Source: Polyangiales bacterium
GTDB taxonomy: Bacteria > Myxococcota_A > Polyangia > Polyangiales > Polyangiaceae
DNA length: 64,000 bases
Assembly (NCBI GenBank): GCA_038231275.1
Contig: JBBRLQ010000007.1
Span: 256,001-320,000 of the forward strand
Direction: 5' to 3'
The notes under the pieces were generated by a model. The model searched no databases, was not told the DNA's origin, and saw only the letters and a list, made by a program, of their open reading frames with translations. A program made the position numbers and the translations under genes. Position 1 is the stretch's first letter, and every line of letters starts with the position of its first letter. Of this stretch, positions 20,111 through 30,759 are shown piece after piece.

Positions 20111-23100
20111 CAGCGCTCCTCGGCGCTGCGGCTGCGCGTACGCGGCTCGATGCTGGTGGATTTGGCGCGCTTGAAGAGGGCGGTCCCCTTCTTCGTGAAG
20201 CCCGCGCGGAGGAGCGCGCCTTCGAGCGGGTGGCTCGTGGCGGAACCGCCGTCGATGGTGGCGACGAGGAGCGCGCGCCGGCGTCCGCCATCGACCAGAT
20301 CGGCGAGCGCGGCGGCGAGATCGGCGGCAGCGATGCTCGCGAGTGGCTCGTCGGCGGGGAGGAAGGTGACGAGCTGCTCCTCGCGTTTTCCGAGGAACGC
20401 GAGGAGCGCGCCGTCGCGCAAGACGACTCGGCATCCGGCGGCGCGCTGCGGTCGACCCTTGCGATCGCCGTCGTCGTCGCCGTTTTTTTCGACGTCCTTG
20501 GTGGTGGCGCGCGAGGGCCAGCCGAGGACCGCGCCGTACGGATTCGCCGGATCGGTCGCGGCGAGGACGACGACGCGTGGCGACTCGCTCGGCTCACGCG
20601 CGGCGCGGAGGCGATCGTCGGCGCCGGGGAGCGCGAACTGTGTCGCGCCGCGCTCGGCGACGAAATACCCGCGTCGCACGCGGCCAGCGTCCTCCATCGC
20701 CTTCAAGACCTCGTAGACGGCGGAGAAGCCACCGGCGATCCCCTCGGCGTGCGTCGCCTCGCGCATGAGGACGCCGTAGCGCTCGAGGAGGACGCGTCCC
20801 AACGTCGCGCTTCGCTCGGTGTCGCTCGGCGGGTTGCCCCAGCGCGCGCGTCGCAGCGACCAACGCCCTTCGCTGCCCGGCGGGCCCCCGCGGAACGATC
20901 GCGTCGCGTGCGCGTCGGGCCTCGCGCGCGGCCTGTCGGGGGCGCGCGCGCGGAGCCAGCTGCGGAGCGGCTCCAGCGTGTCGTTGGTGAGCTCGCCGGC
21001 CCACACCATGTCCCAGAGCGCATCGAGCGTGGCGCCGGGGAAGCCGCCCGCCTCGCGCGCGATCTCGTCCCAGAACACCGCGCCGCGCCGCTCGAGGACG
21101 GCGCGGATCCGTGCGTGGACCTCGCCCTCCACCGCAACGGGCGGCGCGGCGAGGAGGGGCTCGTGCTCGGCGAGAAAGAGCGCGATGCGACCGTCGCTCG
21201 GACCGAGCGCTTCGACGCCTGCCCACACGACTTGGCCGCGCGCGCAGAGCAAATCGAGATCCCACGGACGGAAGCCGTCGACGCGCGCGGGGAGCACCTC
21301 GTCCTCGAGCACCGACGCCGGGACCGGGCACCCCTGTAGCTGCCCGACCGCGGAGGCGAGCGCGTCGTGACCCCTCAACCGTTGGGTGACGTGGCTCCAG
21401 TCGAGGAGGAATCGCGTGAACGCCGCGGCGTCGACCGGCTCGACCTCACGACGCAGGCGCGCGAGCGATTTGCGGCGGAGGACGCGCAGCACTTCGGCGT
21501 CGCAGTACTCCGTGCCGACGCCGCCCCGGAGGAACGCGCCGGTCACGATGCGCCCGGCCTTCGTCGCGCGGTCGAGCGCGCCCTGGACGACCGCGGGCGC
21601 GAGGCCAAGGCGGCGCGTGACATCCGCGGCCACGAATGGGCCGTGCGTGCGGGCGAATCGATGGACGAGGTCGCCGATCGGATCGGCAACCCGCGTGAGG
21701 TACGCGTCGGGCACGCCGCGCGGGGGCGCGATGCCGAGCGCGTCACGGAAGCGCCCGACGTCCTCGACGGCGATCACGCGCTTCTCCCCGGCGACGCGCA
21801 CCTCGACCACCCGGCGCGCCGTCGCCAGTGCCTCCAGCCAGTCCTTCGCGGCGGTCGGTGGATCGCAGCGCGCGCGGAGCTCCGCGGCCGAGAGATCGCC
21901 GACGAAGAGGAGCGTGTCGTGGAGCGCGTCGGCGTGCCGCGCGCGGTGGGTCAGGCGCTGGAGCATCTCCTCGTGCTCCGCCATCGCCGCGGGCTCGAGG
22001 AGCTGTCGGAGCTCGGACTCGCCGAGCAGCTCGCGCAGCTGCGCGTGATCGATGCTGAGCGCTTGCACGCGCCGTTCGGCCAGCGGCGCGTCGCCGTCGT
22101 AGATGAAGTTGCCGACGAACGCGAAGAGGAGCGACGCGGCGAACGGCGACGGCTTCTTGGCGTGCACCGTCGTGACGTGGATCTTTCGCGACTCGACGCC
22201 GCGCAGGATCTCGACGAGGCCCGACAGATCGAACACGTCGCGCAGGCACTCGCGGTACGTCTCGAGGAGGATCGGAAACTCCGGGTGCTGCGACGCGACG
22301 GCGAGGAGATCTTGGGCGCGCTTCCTCTGCGCCCACAGCGGGGTGCGCTTGTCAGGGGTGCGGCGCGGCAAGAGGAGCGCGCGGCCCGCGCACTCGCGGA
22401 ATCGTCCGGCGAAGAGAGACGTGCCCGACAGCTCCTCGGTGGCGATGCGCTCGACGTCGCTCGACGCGGGGAAAAAAGCGTCCCACGCGGGCGGCTCGTC
22501 GGCCTCGGGGACGCGGAAGACCATCCCGTCGTCCGACCACACCGTCTCGATCTCCCCAGGAAAGCGCACGCGCAGCGCGGCGGCGACGGCGGTGGCCCAC
22601 GGCGCGTGAACGCGCGCGCCGAACGGGGTCATGACGCACACCCGCCAGTCGCCGAGCTCGTCGGTGAAGCGCTCTACGACGATCGTTCGATCGGACGGCA
22701 CCTCGCCGTTCGCGGCCATCTCCTCGTGCACGTAGTCGACGAGGTTCTGCGCGGCGTTCTCGTCGAGCGCGTGACGCTCCATGAGGAGCGTGCGCGCCGC
22801 GGCCGGCTTCAGGTGCGCGACCTTGCGCGTGAGCTCGCCGATGCGGGCGCCGAACGCGCGTGGGCGGCCGGGGCGATCGCCGTGCCAGAAGGGCATTTTC
22901 CCCGGCACACCCGCGGCGGGCGTGACGATGACGCGATCGCGTGTGATCTCCTCCGCGCGCCACGACGACGCGCCGAGCAAAAATACGTCTCCCTCCCGCA
23001 TCTCGAAGACCATCTCTTCGTCGAGCTCGCCGACGCGACGGCTCGTCTTCCCGCGGGCGCCCGGCGCGTCGCCGCCCGGCAAGAAGACGCCGAAGAGCCC

Positions 23101-24693
23101 GCGATCGGGGATGGTGCCGGCGTTGAGGAGCGCGAGCTTCGACGCCCCCTGGCGCGCCGACACCACGCCGCGCACGCGGTCCCACGTGAGGCGCGGACGC
23201 AGCTCGGCGAACGCGTCGGACGGATAGCGGCCGCTCAGCATGTCGAGCACACCCTCGAACGCGCCGCGCGGCAACTCGGCGAACGGCGCCGCGCGGCGCA
23301 CCAGATCGTACAGAGCGTCGACGTCCATGCTCCCCACCACGCACGTCGCGACGAGCTGCTGCGCGAGGACGTCGAGCGGATTGCGCGGGTAATACGTCTC
23401 TTCCACGGCGCCTTCGGCCATCGCCCCCGACGCGGCCGCGCACGCGAGCAGATCGGCGCGGTGCTTCGGGAAGATGACGCCGCGCGAGGTCTCGCCGACG
23501 CCGTGCCCCGCGCGCCCGAGCCGCTGGAGCCCCGACGCGACGCTCGGCGGCGCCTCCACTTGGAGGACCAGATCGACCGCGCCCATGTCGATCCCGAGCT
23601 CGAGCGACGACGTGGCGACGATCGCCGGCAAGTCGCCGCGCTTCAGGCGATCTTCGATCGCCGCGCGCTTCTCTCGCGCGACCGAGCCATGGTGGGCGAG
23701 CGCGATCTCCTCGCCGGCGAGCTCGTTCAGCGCGCCGGCGAGGCGCTCGGCGAGGCGGCGGCTGTTGACGAAGATCATCGTCGACCGATGCTTGCGTACG
23801 AGCTCGACGACGCGCTCGTGCACGAAGGGCCAGACCGATCCGTGCCCCGTCCCGCCGCCGCCCGACGCGGCGCCGGACGGGACCTCGGCCTCGTCGAGGT
23901 GACCGAGGTCGACCTTCGGCACTTCGATCGTCAGCTCGAACTTCTTCTTCTCGCCGGCGTCGACGATCGTGACGGGACGCGGCGTGCCGTTCGAGAAGCC
24001 TCCGAGCAGGCGCGCGACCTCGTCGAGGGGGCGCTGCGTGGCCGACAGCCCGATCCGCTGGAGCGGCTTGGTTCCCGGCGTCGCTGCGCGCAACTCCTCG
24101 AGGCGCTCGAGGGACAAGAAGAGGTGTGCGCCGCGCTTGCTCGCCACCATCTGGTGGATCTCGTCGACGATGACCGTGTCGATCGACGCCAGGATCTCGC
24201 GCGCACCGCTCGTGAGGATCAAGTAGAGCGACTCCGGCGTCGTGATCAGGATGTCGGGCGGCGTACGCAGCATCCGCGCGCGCTCGACCTGCGGCGTGTC
24301 CCCGGTGCGGACGACCGCGGTCGGCACCCGCACCGCGGCGGCGCCCTTCGCCAGCTGCGCCTCCCGTACGACACCGGCGAGCGGCGCGCGCAGGTTCTTC
24401 TCGATGTCGACCGCGAGCGCCTTGAGCGGCGAGACGTAGAGGACCTTGCAGCGCGCCTTCTTCTCCGGCTCCGCCGACCACACCAGGCGATCGATCGCCG
24501 AGAGGAACGCCGCGAGCGTCTTGCCGGAGCCGGTCGGCGCGAGGATGAGCGCAGACTCTCCGCGCGAGATCGGCTCCCAGCCCAAGACCTGCGAGCGCGT
24601 CGGCTCACCCAGCGCCGAGCGGAACCAGGTCCGAACGGGCGCGTGAAAGCGCTCGAGCGCGCGTTGGGGGGCTTGCCGCATGAGGGCCATCAT
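20110..24693 (-). CDS. lhr: Lhr ATP-dependent helicase, full-length with a C-terminal winged-helix/AlkZ-like region
   Basis: APTGSGKT, SPLKAL, TTPESL, DEIH, SAT, HHGS, LELGID, GELDEE and ATDPANPYG motifs; ~1525 aa. Confidence 0.93.
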   Translation of the reverse strand: MMALMRQAPQRALERFHAPVRTWFRSALGEPTRSQVLGWEPISRGESALILAPTGSGKTLAAFLSAIDRLVWSAEPEKKARCKVLYVSPLKALAVDIEKNLRAPLAGVVREAQLAKGAAAVRVPTAVVRTGDTPQVERARMLRTPPDILITTPESLYLILTSGAREILASIDTVIVDEIHQMVASKRGAHLFLSLERLEELRAATPGTKPLQRIGLSATQRPLDEVARLLGGFSNGTPRPVTIVDAGEKKKFELTIEVPKVDLGHLDEAEVPSGAASGGGGTGHGSVWPFVHERVVELVRKHRSTMIFVNSRRLAERLAGALNELAGEEIALAHHGSVAREKRAAIEDRLKRGDLPAIVATSSLELGIDMGAVDLVLQVEAPPSVASGLQRLGRAGHGVGETSRGVIFPKHRADLLACAAASGAMAEGAVEETYYPRNPLDVLAQQLVATCVVGSMDVDALYDLVRRAAPFAELPRGAFEGVLDMLSGRYPSDAFAELRPRLTWDRVRGVVSARQGASKLALLNAGTIPDRGLFGVFLPGGDAPGARGKTSRRVGELDEEMVFEMREGDVFLLGASSWRAEEITRDRVIVTPAAGVPGKMPFWHGDRPGRPRAFGARIGELTRKVAHLKPAAARTLLMERHALDENAAQNLVDYVHEEMAANGEVPSDRTIVVERFTDELGDWRVCVMTPFGARVHAPWATAVAAALRVRFPGEIETVWSDDGMVFRVPEADEPPAWDAFFPASSDVERIATEELSGTSLFAGRFRECAGRALLLPRRTPDKRTPLWAQRKRAQDLLAVASQHPEFPILLETYRECLRDVFDLSGLVEILRGVESRKIHVTTVHAKKPSPFAASLLFAFVGNFIYDGDAPLAERRVQALSIDHAQLRELLGESELRQLLEPAAMAEHEEMLQRLTHRARHADALHDTLLFVGDLSAAELRARCDPPTAAKDWLEALATARRVVEVRVAGEKRVIAVEDVGRFRDALGIAPPRGVPDAYLTRVADPIGDLVHRFARTHGPFVAADVTRRLGLAPAVVQGALDRATKAGRIVTGAFLRGGVGTEYCDAEVLRVLRRKSLARLRREVEPVDAAAFTRFLLDWSHVTQRLRGHDALASAVGQLQGCPVPASVLEDEVLPARVDGFRPWDLDLLCARGQVVWAGVEALGPSDGRIALFLAEHEPLLAAPPVAVEGEVHARIRAVLERRGAVFWDEIAREAGGFPGATLDALWDMVWAGELTNDTLEPLRSWLRARAPDRPRARPDAHATRSFRGGPPGSEGRWSLRRARWGNPPSDTERSATLGRVLLERYGVLMREATHAEGIAGGFSAVYEVLKAMEDAGRVRRGYFVAERGATQFALPGADDRLRAAREPSESPRVVVLAATDPANPYGAVLGWPSRATTKDVEKNGDDDGDRKGRPQRAAGCRVVLRDGALLAFLGKREEQLVTFLPADEPLASIAAADLAAALADLVDGGRRRALLVATIDGGSATSHPLEGALLRAGFTKKGTALFKRAKSTSIEPRTRSRSAEER

Positions 24694-24763
24694 CTTTGCG
24701 CCGTTCGGGTCGCCGCGCCACAAGGACCCGCGCGCCGCGGCGGTGTGCTAACGCCAGAAGGAC

Positions 24764-25696
24764 ATGTTCCGCGCGCTCTTTTTCGGCACCCCAGCGTTCG
24801 CCGTTCCCTGCCTCGATGCCCTCACGCGCATCGCAGAGGTGCGCGGCGTCGTCTGCCAGCCCGATCGTCCGCAAGGTCGCGGCCTCACGCTCGCGGCGCC
24901 GCCGGTCAAGGCCCGCGCGCTCGAGCTCGGCCTCCCCGTGGTTCAGCCGACGAAGCTTCGCACGGGCGAGTTCGGGCAATGGGTGAAGGCCCAATCCGTC
25001 GACGTCGCGCTCGTGGTCGCGTACGGCCGAATCCTTCCCGCGGACGTCCTCGCTGCGCCGCGCCTGGGGTGCGTCAACGTCCATGCGTCGCTCTTGCCAA
25101 AATACCGCGGTGCCGCGCCGATCACATGGGCCATCGTCCGCGGCGAGACGGAGAGCGGCGTGACGTTGATGCAGATGGACGCCGGCATGGACACCGGCGA
25201 CATGCTCGAGCAGAGCAAGCTCGCGATCGGGACCGACGAGACCGCCGCCGAGCTCTCACTCCGCCTCGCGACCCTCGGCGCCGACCTCGTCACGCGCGGC
25301 CTGCCGAAGTTCGTCGCCGGCGGCTACGCGCCGGTGAAGCAAGAGGAGGCGCGCGCGACGATGGCCCCCATCCTCGACAAGCAAGACGGGCGCGTGCCGT
25401 TCGATTCGAAGGCGCAGGCCGTCCACGATCACGTGCGGGGAATGACGCCGTGGCCGGGCGCGTTCGTGCGGTTCCGCGGCAAAACCCTGAAGATCATCGC
25501 GACCAGGGTCGCTGGCTTCTCGCGCGCCGCCGCGCCGGGCACCGTCGTACTCGCGGACAAAACCGGCGTCTTCGTCGCGTGCGCCGGGGGTACCGTCGAG
25601 CTCGTGACCGTGCAGCCCGAGGGCAAGAAGCCCATCCGGGGCGCCGAGTGGGTGATGGGGCGCGGCGTCGCCGAGGGCGACGTCCTCAGCGAATGA
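24764..25696 (+). CDS. fmt: Methionyl-tRNA formyltransferase
   Basis: FFGTPAFA, QPDRPQGRG, VAYG, NVHASLLPKYRGAAP and GMDTG motifs. Confidence 0.96.
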   Translation: MFRALFFGTPAFAVPCLDALTRIAEVRGVVCQPDRPQGRGLTLAAPPVKARALELGLPVVQPTKLRTGEFGQWVKAQSVDVALVVAYGRILPADVLAAPRLGCVNVHASLLPKYRGAAPITWAIVRGETESGVTLMQMDAGMDTGDMLEQSKLAIGTDETAAELSLRLATLGADLVTRGLPKFVAGGYAPVKQEEARATMAPILDKQDGRVPFDSKAQAVHDHVRGMTPWPGAFVRFRGKTLKIIATRVAGFSRAAAPGTVVLADKTGVFVACAGGTVELVTVQPEGKKPIRGAEWVMGRGVAEGDVLSE

Positions 25697-25798
25697 GGGA
25701 GGCGAGCGCCGCAATCGCCGCGGCGATGCTGACGCAGATGGCGACCTGCGCGCGGGCATAGCGGGGGCCGTGCGGTCACGACGCGCCGTGAGTCCCGC

Positions 25799-26611
25799 TC
25801 AGTTACCGACCTCGATCGGGAGCTTCGGCGCCGAGATCTCGTGATCGACGCCTTCGAGCACCCCGACGAGCGGCATCACCACGCGAATCGTGTACTTGCC
25901 CTTGGGCAGCGGCCCGCCCGCGGTGCGCGGGTAGCCCTTCTCGGGCGGCGTCCCGCGCACCTTTTCGGGTGCCCACTTCATCTTCACCGCATCCCAGCCG
26001 AGGCGCAGGCGCGCGCTCCCGTTCGGCGCGATCGTGATGCGCGCACCCTTCGGCTCCCCGGCCGTCCGCGGCGCCGCGCCCTTCGGCAACGGCGGCGGGT
26101 TGCCGGCGGGCATGTCCACGCGCTTGTTCTTGGCGTCGTACGTCTCCACCTCGAAGCGCGGCGTCGGATCGATCATGAACGTGAGAGGCAGCGGCTCTTT
26201 GCCCTTGTTGGTGAGCGACAGAAAAAGATCGGCGTGCTGCCCCGGGGCGACCTTGGCCGCGCTCGCCGTGAGCTTCACCTCGAGGCGATCCTTGGGGTCG
26301 AGCGCCTTGTCGTCCAGCTTCGGAAGGACCGACTCGCAGCTGACCTTGTTCAGGGTCTCCTCGAGGTTCCCCATCTCGAAGCCGGTGCACTCGTCCTTCT
26401 TCGGCGCGTCCTTGGCCTCGGTGCCGTCGCCCGCCGGCTTGGCGTCGCCGGACGTCTTGTCCTTGTCCTTGTCCTTGTCCTTGTCTTCGTCTTTCTTCGG
26501 GCTCGCCTCCGTCGTGTCGATCGAATCGGCGGCCTGCGCGGGCTTCTTCGACCCGCACCCGGCGAACGCCAGAAGAGAGAAGCAGAGGATCGCGTGGGAA
26601 CGTGACGTCAT
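25799..26611 (-). CDS. Hypothetical lipoprotein with an Ig-like C-terminal domain
   Basis: LAFAGC lipobox; KD repeats; beta-rich C-terminus. Confidence 0.7.
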   Translation of the reverse strand: MTSRSHAILCFSLLAFAGCGSKKPAQAADSIDTTEASPKKDEDKDKDKDKDKTSGDAKPAGDGTEAKDAPKKDECTGFEMGNLEETLNKVSCESVLPKLDDKALDPKDRLEVKLTASAAKVAPGQHADLFLSLTNKGKEPLPLTFMIDPTPRFEVETYDAKNKRVDMPAGNPPPLPKGAAPRTAGEPKGARITIAPNGSARLRLGWDAVKMKWAPEKVRGTPPEKGYPRTAGGPLPKGKYTIRVVMPLVGVLEGVDHEISAPKLPIEVGN

Positions 26612-26641
26612 GGCAAGGATCTCCTGGGCGTCAGTATCGCA

Positions 26642-26953
26642 TCATTCGATGCAGGCTTCCCAATCGTTGGGGGTGGGCGCCGCCATCGCGCAGTCGTACT
26701 CCGTGCGCGACACGTCGCTCTCGCACTGGACGAGGGCGCTCGTGTAGCTCGCCTCGAGGTGCTTCTGCACGCGTTTGGCGGCGTGGAGGTCGGCGGCGCG
26801 GTCTCCGTCGAGCCCGGCGAAGGCGGGGTCCTGGCCGGCGGTCATGTCGACGTACCGATCGAGCATGCGCCCGCACTCTTCTATGGATGGTCGCTTCTTG
26901 CACCCGGGCGCGACCATGAGGACCAGCGCGGCGAACGTGGCGAAGCGCCTCAT
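26642..26953 (-). CDS. Small Cys-rich lipoprotein
   Basis: VAPGC lipobox; four further Cys (C..C..DCAMAA..C). Confidence 0.7.
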   Translation of the reverse strand: MRRFATFAALVLMVAPGCKKRPSIEECGRMLDRYVDMTAGQDPAFAGLDGDRAADLHAAKRVQKHLEASYTSALVQCESDVSRTEYDCAMAAPTPNDWEACIE

Positions 26954-27564
26954 CGCTTCGGCGTGAACGGCGCAAAGGCGAAGGCGTACTGCATCGCGAG
27001 CAGCCGCTTGCCGCGCACGGTGACCGCGCCGTCGACAATCGCGTCCTCGGGGGCCAGGCTCCCGTCGACGAGGCGGAGGAAGGTCTCCGCGGTGGCCTCG
27101 AGCACGACATCGGGATCCTCCGGATCGATCGGCTTCTTCGCCGCCGCACCCGACGCCGCGACGATCCGCACGCGCTCTCCGTCGAGATCGACGAGCGCGA
27201 GCTCCGCCTTCGCCGACACCATCGCGAGGCGCTTCAAGAGGCGAGGATCGGAGATCGCGACGACGTCCTTGGGCAGTGACCGCGGCGCGAGCTTCTTCGG
27301 GCCCATCCAGTCGTCGAGGAACAGCTGCGCGTGCGCCTCCGAGACGGAGACCCAGAAGTCCGGTTTGTCCGCCGCCCCCTCCGTCACGACGAGGACGTCC
27401 CCGCGGATGTCGAAGGTGTAGCTCCCGTGGCCGGTCACCTCCTGGACGGCGACGAAGCGCTCGTTGCCGGCGCTCTTCGGGACCATCTGCGCGTGCGCCT
27501 TCGGCAGGACCTCCATGAAGAGCGATTCGAGCGTGGTGCCGGGAGGGACCTCGAGCGGAAACAT
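26950..27564 (-). CDS. SCP2 sterol/lipid-binding domain protein
   Basis: True start MFPLEV (ATG 27564); C-terminal [35 protein letters not shown] is SCP2-like. Confidence 0.7.
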   Translation of the reverse strand: MFPLEVPPGTTLESLFMEVLPKAHAQMVPKSAGNERFVAVQEVTGHGSYTFDIRGDVLVVTEGAADKPDFWVSVSEAHAQLFLDDWMGPKKLAPRSLPKDVVAISDPRLLKRLAMVSAKAELALVDLDGERVRIVAASGAAAKKPIDPEDPDVVLEATAETFLRLVDGSLAPEDAIVDGAVTVRGKRLLAMQYAFAFAPFTPKR

Positions 27565-27645
27565 GGGCGCCGAGAGGGTAGCACCAATACAGGCGCGCCT
27601 TCCTCGGTGTACATTCGACCCGTCCGCACCTCCCGAGGAGCCCCC

Positions 27646-28788
27646 ATGCGCGTGATGAACTTCAACGCCGGTCCCGCCACCCTCCCGCTGCCCGCCCTCG
27701 AGCGCGCGCGCGACGAGATGCTCGACTTCGCCGGCTCCGGGATGAGCGTCATGGAGCACAGCCACCGCGGCAAGGAGTACGAGGCCGTGCACCACGAAGC
27801 CGGCGCGCTCTTGCGAGAGCTCCTGGGCATCCCGGCGACCTTCGACGTCCTCTTCCTCCAGGGCGGCGCGTCGATGCAGTTCGCGCAGATCCCGATGAAC
27901 TTTCTCGGCAAGGGCCAGGTCGGCGAGTACGTCGTCAACGGCACGTGGGGCGAGAAGGCGGTCGGCGAGGGGAAGATCACCGCCGCGCTGCTGGGCGGCG
28001 AGGTGCATGTCGCGGCGACCACCGGCACCGGCGACGGCAAGGAGAAGAGCTACGCGCGGGCCAACAAGCAATCGGAGCTGTCCTTCGCGAAGCCCGACGC
28101 CGGCAAGACGGCATATTTGCACTATACAAGCAACGAGACGATCCACGGGATCGGCTACGGCACCCATGCCGACGTCCCGCTCCTCTCCGCGCCCGCCGGC
28201 GTCCCGCTCGTGTGCGACATGTCGAGCGACTTCTTGTGGAAGAAGGTCGACGTCTCTCCGTACGCCTTCATCTATGCCGGCGCGCAGAAGAACATCGGGC
28301 CGAGCGGCGTGATCGTCGTCCTCGCGCAGAAGGACTTCGTCGCGAGCGGGCGGAAGGACATCCCCAAGATCTTCCAGTACCGCACCGCCGCCGAGAACGA
28401 CTCGCTCTACAACACGCCGCCGACCTTCGGCATCTACCTGATGCGCAACGTGCTCGCGTGGGTGAAGGAGAAGGGGGGCCTCGCGGCGGTCGAGGCGACG
28501 AACCGCGCGAAGGCGAAGGCGCTCTACGGCGCGATCGACGAATCGGTCGGGTTTTACCGTGGGCCCGTCGAGGCGAGTAGCCGCTCGGTGATGAACGTCG
28601 TCTTCCGCTTGCCGTCCGAAGCTCTCGAGGAGAAGTTCGTCGCGGATGCCAAGAAGGCCAAGATGGTCGGCATCAAGGGGCACCGCTCGGTCGGCGGCAT
28701 CCGCGTCTCCACCTACAACGCCGTCCCGCTCGAGTGGGTGAACGCGCTCGCGGACTTCATGAAGCAGTTCGCGAAGGAGAACGGGTGA
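27646..28788 (+). CDS. serC: Phosphoserine aminotransferase
   Basis: NFNAGPA, SHR, LQGGAS, NETIHG, DMSS, GAQKN, NTPP and GHRSVGG motifs. Confidence 0.97.
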   Translation: MRVMNFNAGPATLPLPALERARDEMLDFAGSGMSVMEHSHRGKEYEAVHHEAGALLRELLGIPATFDVLFLQGGASMQFAQIPMNFLGKGQVGEYVVNGTWGEKAVGEGKITAALLGGEVHVAATTGTGDGKEKSYARANKQSELSFAKPDAGKTAYLHYTSNETIHGIGYGTHADVPLLSAPAGVPLVCDMSSDFLWKKVDVSPYAFIYAGAQKNIGPSGVIVVLAQKDFVASGRKDIPKIFQYRTAAENDSLYNTPPTFGIYLMRNVLAWVKEKGGLAAVEATNRAKAKALYGAIDESVGFYRGPVEASSRSVMNVVFRLPSEALEEKFVADAKKAKMVGIKGHRSVGGIRVSTYNAVPLEWVNALADFMKQFAKENG

Positions 28789-30401
28789 CGCCCGTGAGCC
28801 ACAAAGTCCTCGTGAGCGACGCGTTGAGCGAGGGCGGCCTCGCTGCGCTGCATGCCGCGCCGGGCCTCGACGTCGAGTACGCGCCGGGATTGAAGGAGGA
28901 CGAGCTCGCCGCCCGCATCGGCGCCTTCGATGCGCTCGTCATCCGAAGCGGGTCGAAGGTGACTGCCAAGGTGCTCGAGAAGGCCGACCGCCTCCGCGTC
29001 ATCGGTCGCGCGGGCATCGGCGTCGACAACGTGGACGTGAAGGCCGCCAGCAAGCGCGGCATCGTCGTCATGAACACGCCGACCGGCAACGCCATCACCA
29101 CCGCCGAGCACGCGCTGTCGCTCCTCTTCAGCCTCGCCCGCAAGGTCCCGCAGGCGACCGCGTCGATGAAGGCCGGAAAGTGGGAGAAGTCGAAGTTCTC
29201 CGGGCGCGAGCTCACCGGCAAGACGCTCGGCGTGCTCGGCCTCGGCACGATCGGCCGAATCGTCGCCGATCGCGCGAAGGGCTTGCGCATGAACGTGGTC
29301 GGCTACGATCCGGTCCTCTCGGCCGAGCGCGCGCAGAGCCTCGGCGTGGAGCTGGTCAGCAAAGACGAGCTCTTCACGCGCGCCGACGCGATCACCGCGC
29401 ACACGCCGCTGACCAAGGAGACGACCGGCCTCGTGGACGACGCGGCGATCGCGAAGATGAAGAAGGGCGTGCTCCTCGTGAACTGCGCGCGCGGCGGCGT
29501 GTACGACGAGGGGGCCCTCCAGCGCGGCCTAGAGAGCGGGAAGATCGGCGGCGTCGCGCTCGATGTCTTCGCGAAGGAGCCGATCGCTCCCGATCACCCG
29601 CTGCTCGGCCGCGACGACGTGATCGTGACGCCGCACCTCGGCGCGTCGACGGAAGAGGCGCAAGAGCGCGTCGTCCTCGAGATCATCGCGCAGGTCGCCG
29701 CGTACCTCGCCGATGGAACCATCACCAACGCGGTCAACGTGCCGAGCCTCTCGCGTGAGGCGGCGTCGCGCCTGGGCCCGTACCTCGTGCTCGCGCGCAA
29801 GCTCGGCGAGTTCATCGCGCAGGTCGAGGGCATTCACCCGGCGCAGATCGAACTCGAGTGCGTCGGCGAGCCCGCGCAGCTCGGCGCGCGCCCGATCCTC
29901 CACGCGGCGGTCGCCGGAATGCTCGCGCGGTTCCTCGATCACCCGGTGAACGACGTGAGCGCGCCGGCCGTCGCCGCCGATCGCGGCGTGTCTTTGCGCG
30001 AGGTGGTCGGCACGCGCAAGACCGACGCGAGCGTCCTCGTCGTTCGCGCGCGCAGCGAAGACGGCCGCGCGATGGCCGCCGAGGGTGCGCTCGATCCCGA
30101 CGGCGGACCGCGCCTCCACCGCTGGGGGGACTACGAGATCAACGCCGAGCTCGCCGGTCACGCGATCGTGCTCTTCAACGACGACAAGCCCGGCGTCATC
30201 GGTGCGGTGGGCACGCTGCTCGGGCAGCGCGGAATCAACGTCGTGCAGGTGCACATGGGCCACTCCCGCGTCACGAAGAACTCGGTCAGCGTATGGACGG
30301 TCGACGGACCTACATCGGACGAGGTCCTCGCCGAGATCGAGAAGGCGCCGAACGTCACCCGCGCCGTGCGCGTCGAGCTGTCGGTCGCCGCCGCGACCTG
30401 A
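28785..30401 (+). CDS. serA: D-3-phosphoglycerate dehydrogenase (type I, with ASB and ACT domains)
   Basis: [34 protein letters not shown] and DKPGVIG motifs; GTG overlaps the serC stop. Confidence 0.96.
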   Translation: MTPVSHKVLVSDALSEGGLAALHAAPGLDVEYAPGLKEDELAARIGAFDALVIRSGSKVTAKVLEKADRLRVIGRAGIGVDNVDVKAASKRGIVVMNTPTGNAITTAEHALSLLFSLARKVPQATASMKAGKWEKSKFSGRELTGKTLGVLGLGTIGRIVADRAKGLRMNVVGYDPVLSAERAQSLGVELVSKDELFTRADAITAHTPLTKETTGLVDDAAIAKMKKGVLLVNCARGGVYDEGALQRGLESGKIGGVALDVFAKEPIAPDHPLLGRDDVIVTPHLGASTEEAQERVVLEIIAQVAAYLADGTITNAVNVPSLSREAASRLGPYLVLARKLGEFIAQVEGIHPAQIELECVGEPAQLGARPILHAAVAGMLARFLDHPVNDVSAPAVAADRGVSLREVVGTRKTDASVLVVRARSEDGRAMAAEGALDPDGGPRLHRWGDYEINAELAGHAIVLFNDDKPGVIGAVGTLLGQRGINVVQVHMGHSRVTKNSVSVWTVDGPTSDEVLAEIEKAPNVTRAVRVELSVAAAT

Positions 30402-30467
30402 GCCACGACCCCGTCGCATCGCGGCATCGTTGCGCTGGCCTAAAGGTTCGTCGCGGCGCGCCGTTTC

Positions 30468-30728
30468 ATGCAGAAGCGCCCCATGAGCCTCGTCAGCCAC
30501 ACATGCGTCGACTGCGGTCAGCGCTCCGCGCCCTCGGACTCCAGCTATTCGCTGATTGGCGCAGGGGGATGGCGCCTCGTGCGGGCGGCGGGCGTCAACG
30601 GGACGCGGGTCTGCAACTGGCGATGTCCGGAGTGCTGGATGACTCACAAGCAGCAAACGGGCGCCAAGACTCTGATCAACGTGCCGGTGGCGGAGGTTGC
30701 GCCACGAACGCGCGCGGGAGGTCGCTGA
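30468..30728 (+). CDS. Small zinc-ribbon protein
   Basis: CVDC...CPEC pairs; fills the gap between serA and the convergent gene. Confidence 0.6.
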   Translation: MQKRPMSLVSHTCVDCGQRSAPSDSSYSLIGAGGWRLVRAAGVNGTRVCNWRCPECWMTHKQQTGAKTLINVPVAEVAPRTRAGGR

Positions 30729-30759
30729 GGCCTCCGTGGCCAGCAATTCAGCCCATGCC

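Noticed and set aside
20110..24693. Lhr as an anti-phage defence helicase
   Set aside because: The nei partner and fmt neighbourhood fit housekeeping repair; there are no nuclease, methylase or mobility genes.
21367..25761. 1464-aa plus-strand ORF
   Set aside because: Antisense shadow of lhr and off-frame over fmt; Arg-rich with no motifs, typical of high-GC DNA.
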